Source of the DNA: Gammaproteobacteria bacterium
GTDB taxonomy: Bacteria > Pseudomonadota > Gammaproteobacteria > Xanthomonadales > Wenzhouxiangellaceae
Reading direction: 5' to 3'
NCBI GenBank assembly: GCA_021772975.1
Contig: JAJFKY010000020.1
Span: 5,559-69,558, forward strand
DNA: 64,000 nt
The translations under genes were made by a program, and so were the position numbers. Below the pieces are notes generated by a model, which made no database searches, was not told where the DNA came from, and was given only the letters and a program-made list of their open reading frames with translations. Below are positions 20,102-29,148 of this stretch, piece after piece; position 1 is the stretch's first letter, and the number at the start of each line of letters is the position of its first letter.

Positions 20102-20350
20102 ATGGGAATCATTACGTGGGTATTGCTGGGGCTTATCGCGGGCGCTCTGGCTAAGTTTATTATGCCGGGTAGAGATGGCGGCGGGATTTTGATCACGATG
20201 TTGCTGGGTATAGCCGGCGCGATTCTGGGTGGCTGGCTGGGGGCTTTTTTTGGGCTGGGCAGCACCGGTGGCTTCAATCTTGGCACTATTGCCACGGCCA
20301 CCGTTGGCGCTTTGTTGATCCTGTTCATTTACAATCAGACCAAAAAATAA
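20102..20350 (+). CDS. GlsB/YeaQ/YmgE family stress membrane protein
   Basis: 82 aa. MGIITWVLLGLIAGALAKFIMPG...GIAGAILGGWL is the classic transglycosylase-associated family sequence. Confidence 0.85.
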   Translation: MGIITWVLLGLIAGALAKFIMPGRDGGGILITMLLGIAGAILGGWLGAFFGLGSTGGFNLGTIATATVGALLILFIYNQTKK

Positions 20351-20488
20351 GCTGACTGAAAACACCTTGCGGTAGCAAGGTCCGGCGGTGTCTGAGCCAG
20401 CCTGCTCGATTGGCAGCAGGCTTTGATGCCAAGCGATGTTCGGCGTGCAGGGAGGCGCGCTGATCCGGTTTTTACAAGGAGTATTGCG

Positions 20489-21682
20489 ATGTTCAATTTA
20501 ATCCGGACGGGTGCTGTCCGGGCGTGGTTCTGCCTGCTGGTTGTTTTAGCTTCAGGCGCAGCCGCTGCGTCAGTTGTCCAGAGCGAAGCGGCGATGGTGA
20601 TTAAAGATTTCACCAGCGTCGATATTCCTGACCCGGATATCGATGTGTCGCAACTGATCCTGCCGCTATCTGCCGGACGTCACCATCAGCAACTGGAGTT
20701 GCACCTCAACCAGCGGTTACTGAGTGGCCTCAGCGCGGTTCAGCGACGGGCACTGCGCAATTCCGAGGCCCGTTTTTACACCGGCAAATTGACCGGTAAG
20801 CCGACCAGTTGGGTGCGTCTTAGCTGGCTGGATGGTGGCTGGCAGGGTGGTTTTTTCGACGGCGAGCAGATCTACCTGATCGAACAGGCGGGCGCGGTTG
20901 CCGATGCTTTGCCTTATCGGCCGCAGCGCGCCGACGCCACCATCATGTATCGATTAAGTGATCTGTTGTTGCCCTGGCCGCTGGATGATGGCCCGTTACC
21001 CGCCGGGCAGGCCTCCGCTGACGCTACACAACTGCTTGAGCATCTGAATGATCTGTTGCGTGGCGATGATTTGCAGCAGTTACCGATAACCATTGTTACC
21101 GATACCCAGTTCAATAATATCCATGGGGTGAATACCGCCGCGGTGGTCATGGCGCGGGTGAATTTTGTCGCTGGGTTGTATATCAATCAGGTGGGAGTCA
21201 GTGTCGGGGTGGCGCATCTGGAACAGCTGGCTGCCAACGGGCCGCTGACCTCACTGGATGCAACGGAGTTGTTATTTGCTTTTCGTGATTTTATCGTCAA
21301 TGGCACCGGCGGTGCTATTCCGCAAAATGGCGTGGCGCATCTGTTTACCGGCCGAAATATTAATGGCACCACGGTAGGCATCGCTTTTCTGGGCGTATTG
21401 TGCAGCAACTTCTTTGGCTACGGGGTCGATCAGAATCTGTCCAGCAGCACCACCAGCGCGCTGGTTTTTGCGCACGAATTGGGACATAACTTCAATGCCC
21501 CGCATGATGGTGAAGATGCCTGTGTGAATGAGCCGTTCAATGGCATTATGAACCCGTCGATCAACGGTTCGCAGACCTTTTCTGACTGCAGCCTGGCGGA
21601 AATGGCGCAGGAGCTGGCCAGCGCCAGCTGTCTGATTTCCGCGCAGGAAACGATTCTGGAAAATGGTTTTGAAAGCCAGTAG
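20489..21682 (+). CDS. Secreted zinc metalloprotease, reprolysin/adamalysin (M12B)-like
   Basis: The ATG at 20489 has a CAAGGAG RBS and a signal peptide. Zinc motif HELGHNFNAPHDG (HExxHxxxxxHD). Confidence 0.75.
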   Translation: MFNLIRTGAVRAWFCLLVVLASGAAAASVVQSEAAMVIKDFTSVDIPDPDIDVSQLILPLSAGRHHQQLELHLNQRLLSGLSAVQRRALRNSEARFYTGKLTGKPTSWVRLSWLDGGWQGGFFDGEQIYLIEQAGAVADALPYRPQRADATIMYRLSDLLLPWPLDDGPLPAGQASADATQLLEHLNDLLRGDDLQQLPITIVTDTQFNNIHGVNTAAVVMARVNFVAGLYINQVGVSVGVAHLEQLAANGPLTSLDATELLFAFRDFIVNGTGGAIPQNGVAHLFTGRNINGTTVGIAFLGVLCSNFFGYGVDQNLSSSTTSALVFAHELGHNFNAPHDGEDACVNEPFNGIMNPSINGSQTFSDCSLAEMAQELASASCLISAQETILENGFESQ

Positions 21683-21727
21683 CTGCAGCCTGCTTACTTA
21701 ACCACGGATATTGATCGGCCACCTGGT

Positions 21728-22858
21728 TTAAGCCGAATAATGCCGGCCCTTCCAGCGGGCGCCGCGCCCTGACCAATGCTGCCAGGCGGACAGCCAGGTC
21801 ATGCCGAGATACAGTGTTGCGGTCAACGGCAACCACAGGCCGCTCAGCCGGTTTAACTGATAAAAACGCATCAGCGGCCAATAGCAGATGGTCATCAGCA
21901 ACAGACACAGTACCGCCGCACCCCGGGTGATCCAGCTATCAATCAGTAAGCCGGTCAGCGGCGCCCAGAAGACAATTATCAGCAATACACTGGTGATCAG
22001 TAATAATCCGATGGAATATCGCAGCTGGGTGTAGGCGGTGCGGGCGACCAACTGTGCGACATCGGGCAGCGTGGCGCTGGCCCTGTGACTGAGCACCCCA
22101 TGGCTCAGGCCGATCCAGATCGGATATCCGGCTGCTTTTATTCGCCCGGCCAGGCTGCAGTCGTCAATGACGGCCGATTTAAGGGCGGTATATTCGCCGC
22201 TGGTTCGCAGGGCATCAGTGGTCAGCAGAATGCAGCCGCCCGCGGCGGCGGCGAAGCGTGACCGCCAGTCATTGAGCTGGCCGTTAACCAGTGCAAACGG
22301 GTAGAGCATTTTGAAGAACCATACATAAGCGGGCAGCAGCAGTGTCTGCCAGAAAGTAGCGGTGGGCAGCAGCGCCATGATCGACACCAGGCTGACGGCA
22401 TGGGTTTGCTGGTGATGCAGCAAACGGGCCAGCATGCCGGGCTGCAGCTGGATATCGGCGTCCAGCTGCAGAATCAAGGGGGTCCGGACCTGCTGCAGAC
22501 CCTGCTGGAGCGCCCACAGTTTTCCCGTCCAGCCAGCCGGTAGCCGGGTCCCATGGATCACTTCAGCGCCGGCTTGTCGGGCCAGTTCGGCGGTGGCATC
22601 CCGGGATTGGTCATCAATAACGATAATCCGGTGCCCGGAGCCCTGAAGTTGCACGGCGTGGATGGTTGCGGCGATATGTTCGGCTTCGTTGCGAGCTGGA
22701 ATCAAGACCGTAATATCACTCAAATCAGGGTGCTGTCGGCTGATCACGGAGTCAGGCTCAAGTCGCTCGCGCACGCTCCAGGGCCGCCAGGGCAGGCTCA
22801 CGATGACGACCCAGATCAGGGCCGAGAGCAGGACGCTGTATTCGATCAATACTGTCAC
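21728..22858 (-). CDS. Family 2 glycosyltransferase, hopanoid-associated HpnB-like
   Basis: N-terminal TM, then VLIPARNEAEHI, VIDDQSRDAT, LPAGWTGKLWAL and DADIQL (DxD), followed by C-terminal TM helices. It is the last gene of the hpn block. Confidence 0.6.
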   Translation of the reverse strand: MTVLIEYSVLLSALIWVVIVSLPWRPWSVRERLEPDSVISRQHPDLSDITVLIPARNEAEHIAATIHAVQLQGSGHRIIVIDDQSRDATAELARQAGAEVIHGTRLPAGWTGKLWALQQGLQQVRTPLILQLDADIQLQPGMLARLLHHQQTHAVSLVSIMALLPTATFWQTLLLPAYVWFFKMLYPFALVNGQLNDWRSRFAAAAGGCILLTTDALRTSGEYTALKSAVIDDCSLAGRIKAAGYPIWIGLSHGVLSHRASATLPDVAQLVARTAYTQLRYSIGLLLITSVLLIIVFWAPLTGLLIDSWITRGAAVLCLLLMTICYWPLMRFYQLNRLSGLWLPLTATLYLGMTWLSAWQHWSGRGARWKGRHYSA

Positions 22859-22936
22859 GGCAGGTTTCAGGCCAGTGATAACTTGAGTCCGTTTATGGAC
22901 CGGGCGGGGCGCCCGGGCACGCTTTAAGCTACTGGG

Positions 22937-24097
22937 TCAGGCGGTTTCCTGGTGCTCGGTCCGGGCCTGGTTACCGGCCGGTTGGTCGGTGCTGACGGTT
23001 ACCGGTATGGCATTTTCGGAGCGGGTCTGGCGGTAGGTAATCGGCAACTCCGGTGCAAACGGGCCATCCAGTCTGGGACCGCGGATACTGGCCATCAGAG
23101 CCTTGATGGGATGTGCGAAGGTATCTTCTACCGCGGTACCTTCATAGCCGCAGTGCGCCATGCAGTTATCGCATTTAGGATTGCGGCCGGTGCCGTAATT
23201 TTCCCATTCGGTGGTTTCAATCAATTCGCGATAGCTGCTGGCGTAGCCTTCATCGACCAGCAGATAACACGGTTTTTGCCAGCCGAAGATATTGTAGGTG
23301 ACATTACTCCAGGGCGTGCACTGGTAGCTCTGATTGCCGGCCAGAAAGTCCAGGTACAGGCTGGAGTGATTCAGTGGCCATTTGTTACCGCCCTGTGCCT
23401 CACGCTGCTTGCCTGCACGGAAAATATCGCGGAATAATTGCTTGGATTTATTGCGTGGCAGAAAAACATCCTGATTGGGCGCAAACTGATAACTGTAGCC
23501 GGGGGACACGGTTATGCCTTCCACCCCAAGCTCAACACAGTAGTCAAAAAACTCAGCCACGCGCCCGGGAATTTCACCATCAAACAGCGTGCAGTTGACG
23601 CTGACCCGGAAACCCTTGTCAATTGCCAGCCGGATAGCGGTGGTGGCTTTTTCAAAGATGCCTTCCTGACAGACGGATTTGTCATGTTCCTCCTGCAGAC
23701 CATCCAGATGGATCGACCAGGTGAAATAGGGGGTGGGTTGGTAGTCATCAATTTTCTTGGCCAGCAAAACAGCGTTGGTGCATAAATACACAAACTTTTT
23801 ACGCGCGATGATGCCGCGCACAATTTCCGGCATCTCTTTATGAATCAACGGTTCACCGCCGGGAATCGATACCACTGGTGCATCGCATTCATCCACGGCA
23901 TTTAAAGCTGCTTCCACACTGATGCGCTTTTGCAGAATATCCTTGGGGTATTCAATCTTGCCGCAGCCGGCACAGGCCAGATTGCATTGGAACAAAGGTT
24001 CCAACATCAATACCAGCGGGTATTTTTTATTCCGCTTTAATTTTTGCGTAATAATATATTTGGCAATCCGAAATTGTTGAATGGCTGGTATGCCCAT
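22937..24097 (-). CDS. hpnH: Adenosyl-hopene transferase (radical SAM)
   Basis: 386 aa. MGIPAIQQFRIAKYIITQKL... with the CNLACAGC radical-SAM cluster motif. It has the typical HpnH N-terminus and length. Confidence 0.88.
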   Translation of the reverse strand: MGIPAIQQFRIAKYIITQKLKRNKKYPLVLMLEPLFQCNLACAGCGKIEYPKDILQKRISVEAALNAVDECDAPVVSIPGGEPLIHKEMPEIVRGIIARKKFVYLCTNAVLLAKKIDDYQPTPYFTWSIHLDGLQEEHDKSVCQEGIFEKATTAIRLAIDKGFRVSVNCTLFDGEIPGRVAEFFDYCVELGVEGITVSPGYSYQFAPNQDVFLPRNKSKQLFRDIFRAGKQREAQGGNKWPLNHSSLYLDFLAGNQSYQCTPWSNVTYNIFGWQKPCYLLVDEGYASSYRELIETTEWENYGTGRNPKCDNCMAHCGYEGTAVEDTFAHPIKALMASIRGPRLDGPFAPELPITYRQTRSENAIPVTVSTDQPAGNQARTEHQETA

Positions 24098-24115
24098 GCT
24101 GATATCCTGTTACTT

Positions 24116-24715
24116 TTAAGCTTGATCCGGCTGCGTATAGCGGCGCAATAAGTCTTGATAATCACTGTTCAACCGGGTCCATTCCATTTTGAACCAGGGT
24201 GTGAAACGCTCGGGGTGTTCGCCCAGTTCGCGATCCAGATCAGTGGTATTAATAAACCGGCAGGCCGCGACTTCGGTTTGATTCGGCTGTGGCTGAGCAG
24301 CGCAGCGGCCCAGGTAAACCCAGCACAATTCGCGCTCCGCGCCGGTTTCATCAAATTGTGCATGATACTGGAATTTATACACGAATTCCGCCTCGGTGCG
24401 CATCCCCAGTTCCTGTTCCAGACGGCGTGACACAGCATAATCCACCGATTCGCCGCGGCGCGGATGGCTGCAGCAGGAGTTCGACCAGTACATTGGCCAG
24501 AGCGGTTTGTCAGCACTGCGCTGCTGTAACAGTAATTCGCCCTGTGGATTGAACACGAACAGTGAAAAGGCCCGGTGCAGAGTGCCTTGGTCGCGATGAC
24601 AGGCGGCTTTATCCAGATGGCCGATGGTGCGGTCATTGTCATCCACCAGGATTAAATCTTCGTCGGGAAAAGACACCACCTCGTTCCTGAGTGCGGCATT
24701 GGCTGTATTACCCAT
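24116..24715 (-). CDS. idi: Isopentenyl-diphosphate delta-isomerase, type 1 (Nudix)
   Basis: HRAFSLFVFN, WSNSCCSHP and the E-rich Nudix region. The ATG at 24715 overlaps the stop of the upstream gene by 8 nt. The ORF-track start at 24796 lies inside the upstream gene. Confidence 0.88.
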   Translation of the reverse strand: MGNTANAALRNEVVSFPDEDLILVDDNDRTIGHLDKAACHRDQGTLHRAFSLFVFNPQGELLLQQRSADKPLWPMYWSNSCCSHPRRGESVDYAVSRRLEQELGMRTEAEFVYKFQYHAQFDETGAERELCWVYLGRCAAQPQPNQTEVAACRFINTTDLDRELGEHPERFTPWFKMEWTRLNSDYQDLLRRYTQPDQA

Positions 24716-26969
24716 TAACAGTGACCTCCATGGCCTGATATCCGGCGTTATTGAGTGCTTCAATAACAGTTTGCTGCGTGTCTGGACACAATGCAATAAA
24801 TGCGCCGCCGCCGCCGCCGCCGGTCACTTTGGCGCCCAGCGCACCGTTCTGACGTGCGATCTGTACCATTTCCTCGATTTCCCAGCAGGATACCTGCAGT
24901 GCATTCAACAGACCCTGGCAAACATTCATCAGTTCACCCAGTTGCTGCCAGTCGCCGTTCCGCAAGGCATCCCGGCCCTGCAGTGTCAGGGCATCGATGC
25001 CATGGAACATGCGCTGATAAATAGCCGGGTTTTTCTGCCGCGCGGCGGCTACCCGGGCAACCATTTTGGCGGTCAGGCTTTCCACTCCGCTGTAACCGAT
25101 AACCAGCGGCAGTGGTGCGCCCAGCGACAGCTTTTCCATCAGCTCCGGCCTGCCTTTGAGCGCTTTGCGGAACAGCATCGGATGGCCGTAGGTGGCCATG
25201 GTATTGTCGACGCCGGACGGGCTGCCGTGGGCAACTTTTTCACACTCAAAGGCCAGCGCGTTGACTTCCTCATCACTGAGCTTCAACTGATAATGCTGAT
25301 CCAGCGCGCGGATAATGGCGACCGCCACTGCCGCTGAGCTGCCCAGTCCCACCGCTCGCGGCACGCTCGGGAAAATCTCGATCTTCATCGGCTGGTTGAT
25401 TAATTCCAGCTGCTCCAGAATCAGGGCAATCGGTTTCTCGAATGAATGCCGCTGCTCGGGCCGCATATGCAAACGCTGCTGTGCGCCCCAGCGGGGAATG
25501 ATGATATCGATACCGGCTTCGGTGCTGGTAATTTTTGCCTGAATGGCAAGTGGTACCGGCACCGCCATGGCATGGCTGCCGTAGACCACCGCGTGCTCGC
25601 CGAGCAGAATCACTTTGCCGTGTCCAACCGCCAGCTGTTCGCTGTCGACGATTGCTTCGGCTGACGGATTAACGGTGCCGGCCTGCTGCCTTACGTCATC
25701 CAGAATTTCACGCGCTTTCCAGATTTTGATATCGCCGCTTTCAATCAGACGGTCAACCACCGTATCGAACAGATTCGCGGGTGCGCCAGCCGCCATGGCG
25801 ACGCTGCGGGCATGCAGGGTCATGTGGCCCTGCTGGATACCGCTGGTGACCAGCGCGCGCAGGGCCGAGAAATTCTGCGCCAGACCGACCGCGCCCATCA
25901 GCTCGGCCAGCTCACGCGCTGAGTCCACTTTCAGCATGCGATGGTTGATCATCACCGACTGATTGGATTGTAGGGGACCACCCACGGTGCCGACTTTCAT
26001 GGGGATTTCCAGTTCGCCCACCAGGTTGCCGTCGTTATCCTTGAACCAGCGGGTCAGCGAGCTGTATTGGCCGCTGCGCGCGGCGTAGGCATGCGCGGCT
26101 GCTTCGATCGCGCGCCAGTCGTTGCCGGTCGCCAGCGCTACCGCGTCGACACCGTTCATGATGCCTTTGTTGTGCGTGGCCGCCCGATAGGGATCAACCG
26201 TGGCCAGATCATTGGCCAGAATGATGCCGTCGCGGACCTGTTCGCCATCAAAGCCTTTACCGGCCAGATGTGCCACCGGATAAACCACTTTGGCCTTGAC
26301 CACCGCCCGGTCCGTCAGGTTGGACAGAATCCGCAGAAATACCTTGCCGCCGGTGATGCTTTCCACCAGTGAGGCAACGCCTTCACACATGGTATTGACC
26401 AGGTTGGCGCCCATCGCGTCGCAGGTATTGACCAGCAGATGAATCACCAGCATGTTGGCGCCGGTGGATGGTGAGCGGTGCAGATGGACTTCCAGACCTT
26501 TGGCGCCGCCGCCGCGTGCCACCATTTTAGGATGCAGGCTATTGGCCAGGTTGATGATCTCGTCACTGCGCTGCAGGATGATCGAGCGGGTCTTGCTGGG
26601 GTGGGTGATATCCACCACCTGAATCTGGCCGATCAGAATGGGTTCGGTACTCTCCGCGGTAAAACCACCGGTGTTCAGTGCCAGTTTGGCAGCCGAACTG
26701 ATCGCCGCCACAATCGACGGTTCTTCCACCGCCATCGGCACAATGTAAGGTTTACCGTTGACCACAAAATTCAGACCGATCCCCATCGGTATGCCCAGCA
26801 CACCAATGACATTTTCGATCATTTTGTCAGCCGTGGCCGGGTCCAGCAGATGCTCACCACTGCTGAGCAGACGGTAATCTTCGTTGGACAGCAAGCCGCG
26901 CTCATGCACCGCGCGGACACGATCTTTGAGGCTTAAACGATAAAAACTGGGAATCCGAGATTGTTCCAT
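24708..26969 (-). CDS. Bifunctional class II HMG-CoA reductase / mevalonate kinase (single-ORF fusion)
   Basis: N-terminal ~430 aa carry ENVIG, CDAMGANLVN, KVGTVGG and QQGHMTLHAR (class II HMGR). C-terminal ~310 aa carry GKVILLGEHAVVYG, PRAVGLGSSAAVAVA and KVTGGGGGGAFIAL (GHMP mevalonate kinase). The frame is continuous. The likely start is the ATG at 26969 (MEQSRIP). Confidence 0.88.
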   Translation of the reverse strand: MEQSRIPSFYRLSLKDRVRAVHERGLLSNEDYRLLSSGEHLLDPATADKMIENVIGVLGIPMGIGLNFVVNGKPYIVPMAVEEPSIVAAISSAAKLALNTGGFTAESTEPILIGQIQVVDITHPSKTRSIILQRSDEIINLANSLHPKMVARGGGAKGLEVHLHRSPSTGANMLVIHLLVNTCDAMGANLVNTMCEGVASLVESITGGKVFLRILSNLTDRAVVKAKVVYPVAHLAGKGFDGEQVRDGIILANDLATVDPYRAATHNKGIMNGVDAVALATGNDWRAIEAAAHAYAARSGQYSSLTRWFKDNDGNLVGELEIPMKVGTVGGPLQSNQSVMINHRMLKVDSARELAELMGAVGLAQNFSALRALVTSGIQQGHMTLHARSVAMAAGAPANLFDTVVDRLIESGDIKIWKAREILDDVRQQAGTVNPSAEAIVDSEQLAVGHGKVILLGEHAVVYGSHAMAVPVPLAIQAKITSTEAGIDIIIPRWGAQQRLHMRPEQRHSFEKPIALILEQLELINQPMKIEIFPSVPRAVGLGSSAAVAVAIIRALDQHYQLKLSDEEVNALAFECEKVAHGSPSGVDNTMATYGHPMLFRKALKGRPELMEKLSLGAPLPLVIGYSGVESLTAKMVARVAAARQKNPAIYQRMFHGIDALTLQGRDALRNGDWQQLGELMNVCQGLLNALQVSCWEIEEMVQIARQNGALGAKVTGGGGGGAFIALCPDTQQTVIEALNNAGYQAMEVTVNG

Positions 26970-27058
26970 AACTACCTTTACCGTGGCATGGATAGTTTGC
27001 TTACAGACCAAAAGTCCGGTTCAGCGTATTTGTTATCCAATGCCTGTCTACAGTTCAT

Positions 27059-28129
27059 CTAGGGCTCATTGGGAAATGATTGATCCGTAGTCATTACTAC
27101 GCCTTGTTCCGCCGGGGACAATTCTAACAGACCATAGCCGGCTGCTTGTACCCGCCGGCCGAAATCAGCCAGCGCGTGGGTATCAATGGCGGCGGCGATA
27201 GCGATATCGCCACCGCCGGCGCCGGAGGGTTTGAATGCGACCCCATAATCCGACGCCAGTTGCGCCAGCCGCCGATGGGCGTCGGTGTAGACCGGTGCAT
27301 CAGCAGCGGTGCCCAGTGCCTGCATGGCCTGGCCATAAGCCGTCAGGCATTCCAGCAATTGCGTGGAATCGCCTTGCCGCACCGCGCTGAGACCGCGTTC
27401 TGATAGTTGGCCAAGCTGTTGCAGGTGGGTTGCGTAGCGGCGCGGATGGCTGGCTTTAAAGTGATCCATACGGCTTAGAAATACCCGGGTCGACGCTGAC
27501 TGTCCCAACCATATCCAGATGCACTCAACTTCGCCGGGCCAGCTTAAGGCCTGCACCCTGCAATCATGGCCGTCGATCCGATAGCTGCTCAGGCCGCCCC
27601 ACAGGCTGGCGGCGATATCCGCGCCGCTGCCGCGTCCATCCTGCAGATTACGATGCAACTGCACCAGCAGTGGCAGCCAGCGCCGCCGGTCAAAGTTCTG
27701 ACCCGGATGCCGGAGTTGAAACCAGGCAGCCGCCAGCGCCACGGTTAAGGCGGCGCTTGAGCCGAGTCCGGTTTTATCACCCGCGGGCGTGAAAAAATCG
27801 TGGGTGTCCAGACTTAATGACCAGCTTTGCTGTTGGTCGGCTGCCGCCGGTTGCCAGGCACCCAGTGCATGCATCAATGGGGCGACAAAAGGCAGGCGTT
27901 GATTATTACTGTCGTGTTGCCATTGAAAGCGGCCCTCCGCATCGAAATAAAAAGCCACCGGTTCGTTCACCAGGGGCGGAGCAGTGAGCTGGTAATCCGG
28001 TGCCGGGCAAAGCTGAATACGGGCCTGTTTATCCACTGCCTGCACCATCGCAGGATAGCCTTCCAGAACCGCGTATTCGCCCAGAATCAGGGCTTTGCCG
28101 GGCGCGCTGACCTGAATGGACGGTATCAT
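27059..28129 (-). CDS. mvaK2: Phosphomevalonate kinase (GHMP/ERG8 type)
   Basis: SAPGKALILGEYAVLEG, TGLGSSAALTVALAAA, KPSGAGGGDIAIA. There is an ATGA start/stop overlap with the upstream decarboxylase. Confidence 0.82.
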   Translation of the reverse strand: MIPSIQVSAPGKALILGEYAVLEGYPAMVQAVDKQARIQLCPAPDYQLTAPPLVNEPVAFYFDAEGRFQWQHDSNNQRLPFVAPLMHALGAWQPAAADQQQSWSLSLDTHDFFTPAGDKTGLGSSAALTVALAAAWFQLRHPGQNFDRRRWLPLLVQLHRNLQDGRGSGADIAASLWGGLSSYRIDGHDCRVQALSWPGEVECIWIWLGQSASTRVFLSRMDHFKASHPRRYATHLQQLGQLSERGLSAVRQGDSTQLLECLTAYGQAMQALGTAADAPVYTDAHRRLAQLASDYGVAFKPSGAGGGDIAIAAAIDTHALADFGRRVQAAGYGLLELSPAEQGVVMTTDQSFPNEP

Positions 28130-29130
28130 TCCGAGGCCGGCCTCAGGCGCACGCCCTGACCCAGTCCGCAGTGGATGATATCGATCACCCCGGGAACCTG
28201 CCGCAATTGCTCGGCCACCTGAGCCTCAGCGGCTGCGGTACAGACAGCTTTAACCTGCGGTCCGGCATCCATGGTGAAACACACTTCCAGACCGGCGGCG
28301 CGCCATGCGCGAATGCCGTGCAGGGCCGCTACGCTGGCGGCATTCCAATACAGTACACCCGGCTGGGCCGCCAGCGCTGAGGCGTGCATTTTCAGCGTGC
28401 TGAATTCGGTAACGCTGGCCAGCGCGTCAAAATCCCGCCGTGCTATCGCCTCACGGGCAGTGTTCAGATCGGCTTCCGCACCCGCCACCCAGGCCGGGTA
28501 ATAGGGGGAGGTCTCGGTGGTCAACTGCATGCCGTCGGTGGAGCTGATTTTTTTGCTGCCGGCATCGGTGACCGCAATCAGAACCTTCAAATCCCAGTAG
28601 TCTGGCGGATACAGCGGATGAGCGATGCAGTCTCGGCCATCGCTGCGCTGCCCATGCGCCATCTCTACGATGCCACCAAAAATCGAGCGCGCGGCAGAAC
28701 CCGAGCCACGCCGTGCCAGCAGCGATAACCCGGCGCTGTCGATATCAGCCTGCAGTGCGCTGCTAGTGGCCAGTGCCAGGGCCGCAAAGCCGGACGCCGA
28801 GGAGGCCAGCCCGGCGGCAGTGGGAAAATTATTGTGGCTGCTGATATATGCATACGGACGCTGTTGCCCGGCGTTATGCAGATAGGCAAACACCCGATCC
28901 AGAAAGACGCTGATACGCTCCGCCGCGACTGCCTCAGCAGGCTGCTGATTTAATTCAATCTGATCCCCTTTCAGGCCGGTATCAAAACTGACCGAGGTGG
29001 TGGTGGTCAAGGCATCCAGGGTCAGCGAGAGTGAACCGGTGGCGGGCAGATTAAGCCGCTTATCACGCTTACCCCAGTATTTGATCAGCGCGATATTGGC
29101 GTGCGCAATGGCAGTGGCGGAAGAATTAAT
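28126..29130 (-). CDS. mvaD: Diphosphomevalonate decarboxylase
   Basis: NFPTAAGLASSASGFAALA and RRGSGSAARS motifs. The conserved N-terminal block ANIALIKYWGKRD lies upstream of the ORF-track TTG start (29010). The 5' end is set at an ATT codon 6 nt after an AAGGAA SD-like sequence; this 5' end is uncertain. Confidence 0.8.
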   Translation of the reverse strand: MNSSATAIAHANIALIKYWGKRDKRLNLPATGSLSLTLDALTTTTSVSFDTGLKGDQIELNQQPAEAVAAERISVFLDRVFAYLHNAGQQRPYAYISSHNNFPTAAGLASSASGFAALALATSSALQADIDSAGLSLLARRGSGSAARSIFGGIVEMAHGQRSDGRDCIAHPLYPPDYWDLKVLIAVTDAGSKKISSTDGMQLTTETSPYYPAWVAGAEADLNTAREAIARRDFDALASVTEFSTLKMHASALAAQPGVLYWNAASVAALHGIRAWRAAGLEVCFTMDAGPQVKAVCTAAAEAQVAEQLRQVPGVIDIIHCGLGQGVRLRPASE

Positions 29131-29148
29131 GACAGGTTCCTTGCTGGT

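Noticed and set aside
28126-29010. ORF-track boundaries for the decarboxylase (TTG start at 29010).
   Set aside because: This start would delete the conserved NIALIKYWGK block, which is clearly encoded in frame upstream. I replaced it with an extended model with a non-canonical start.
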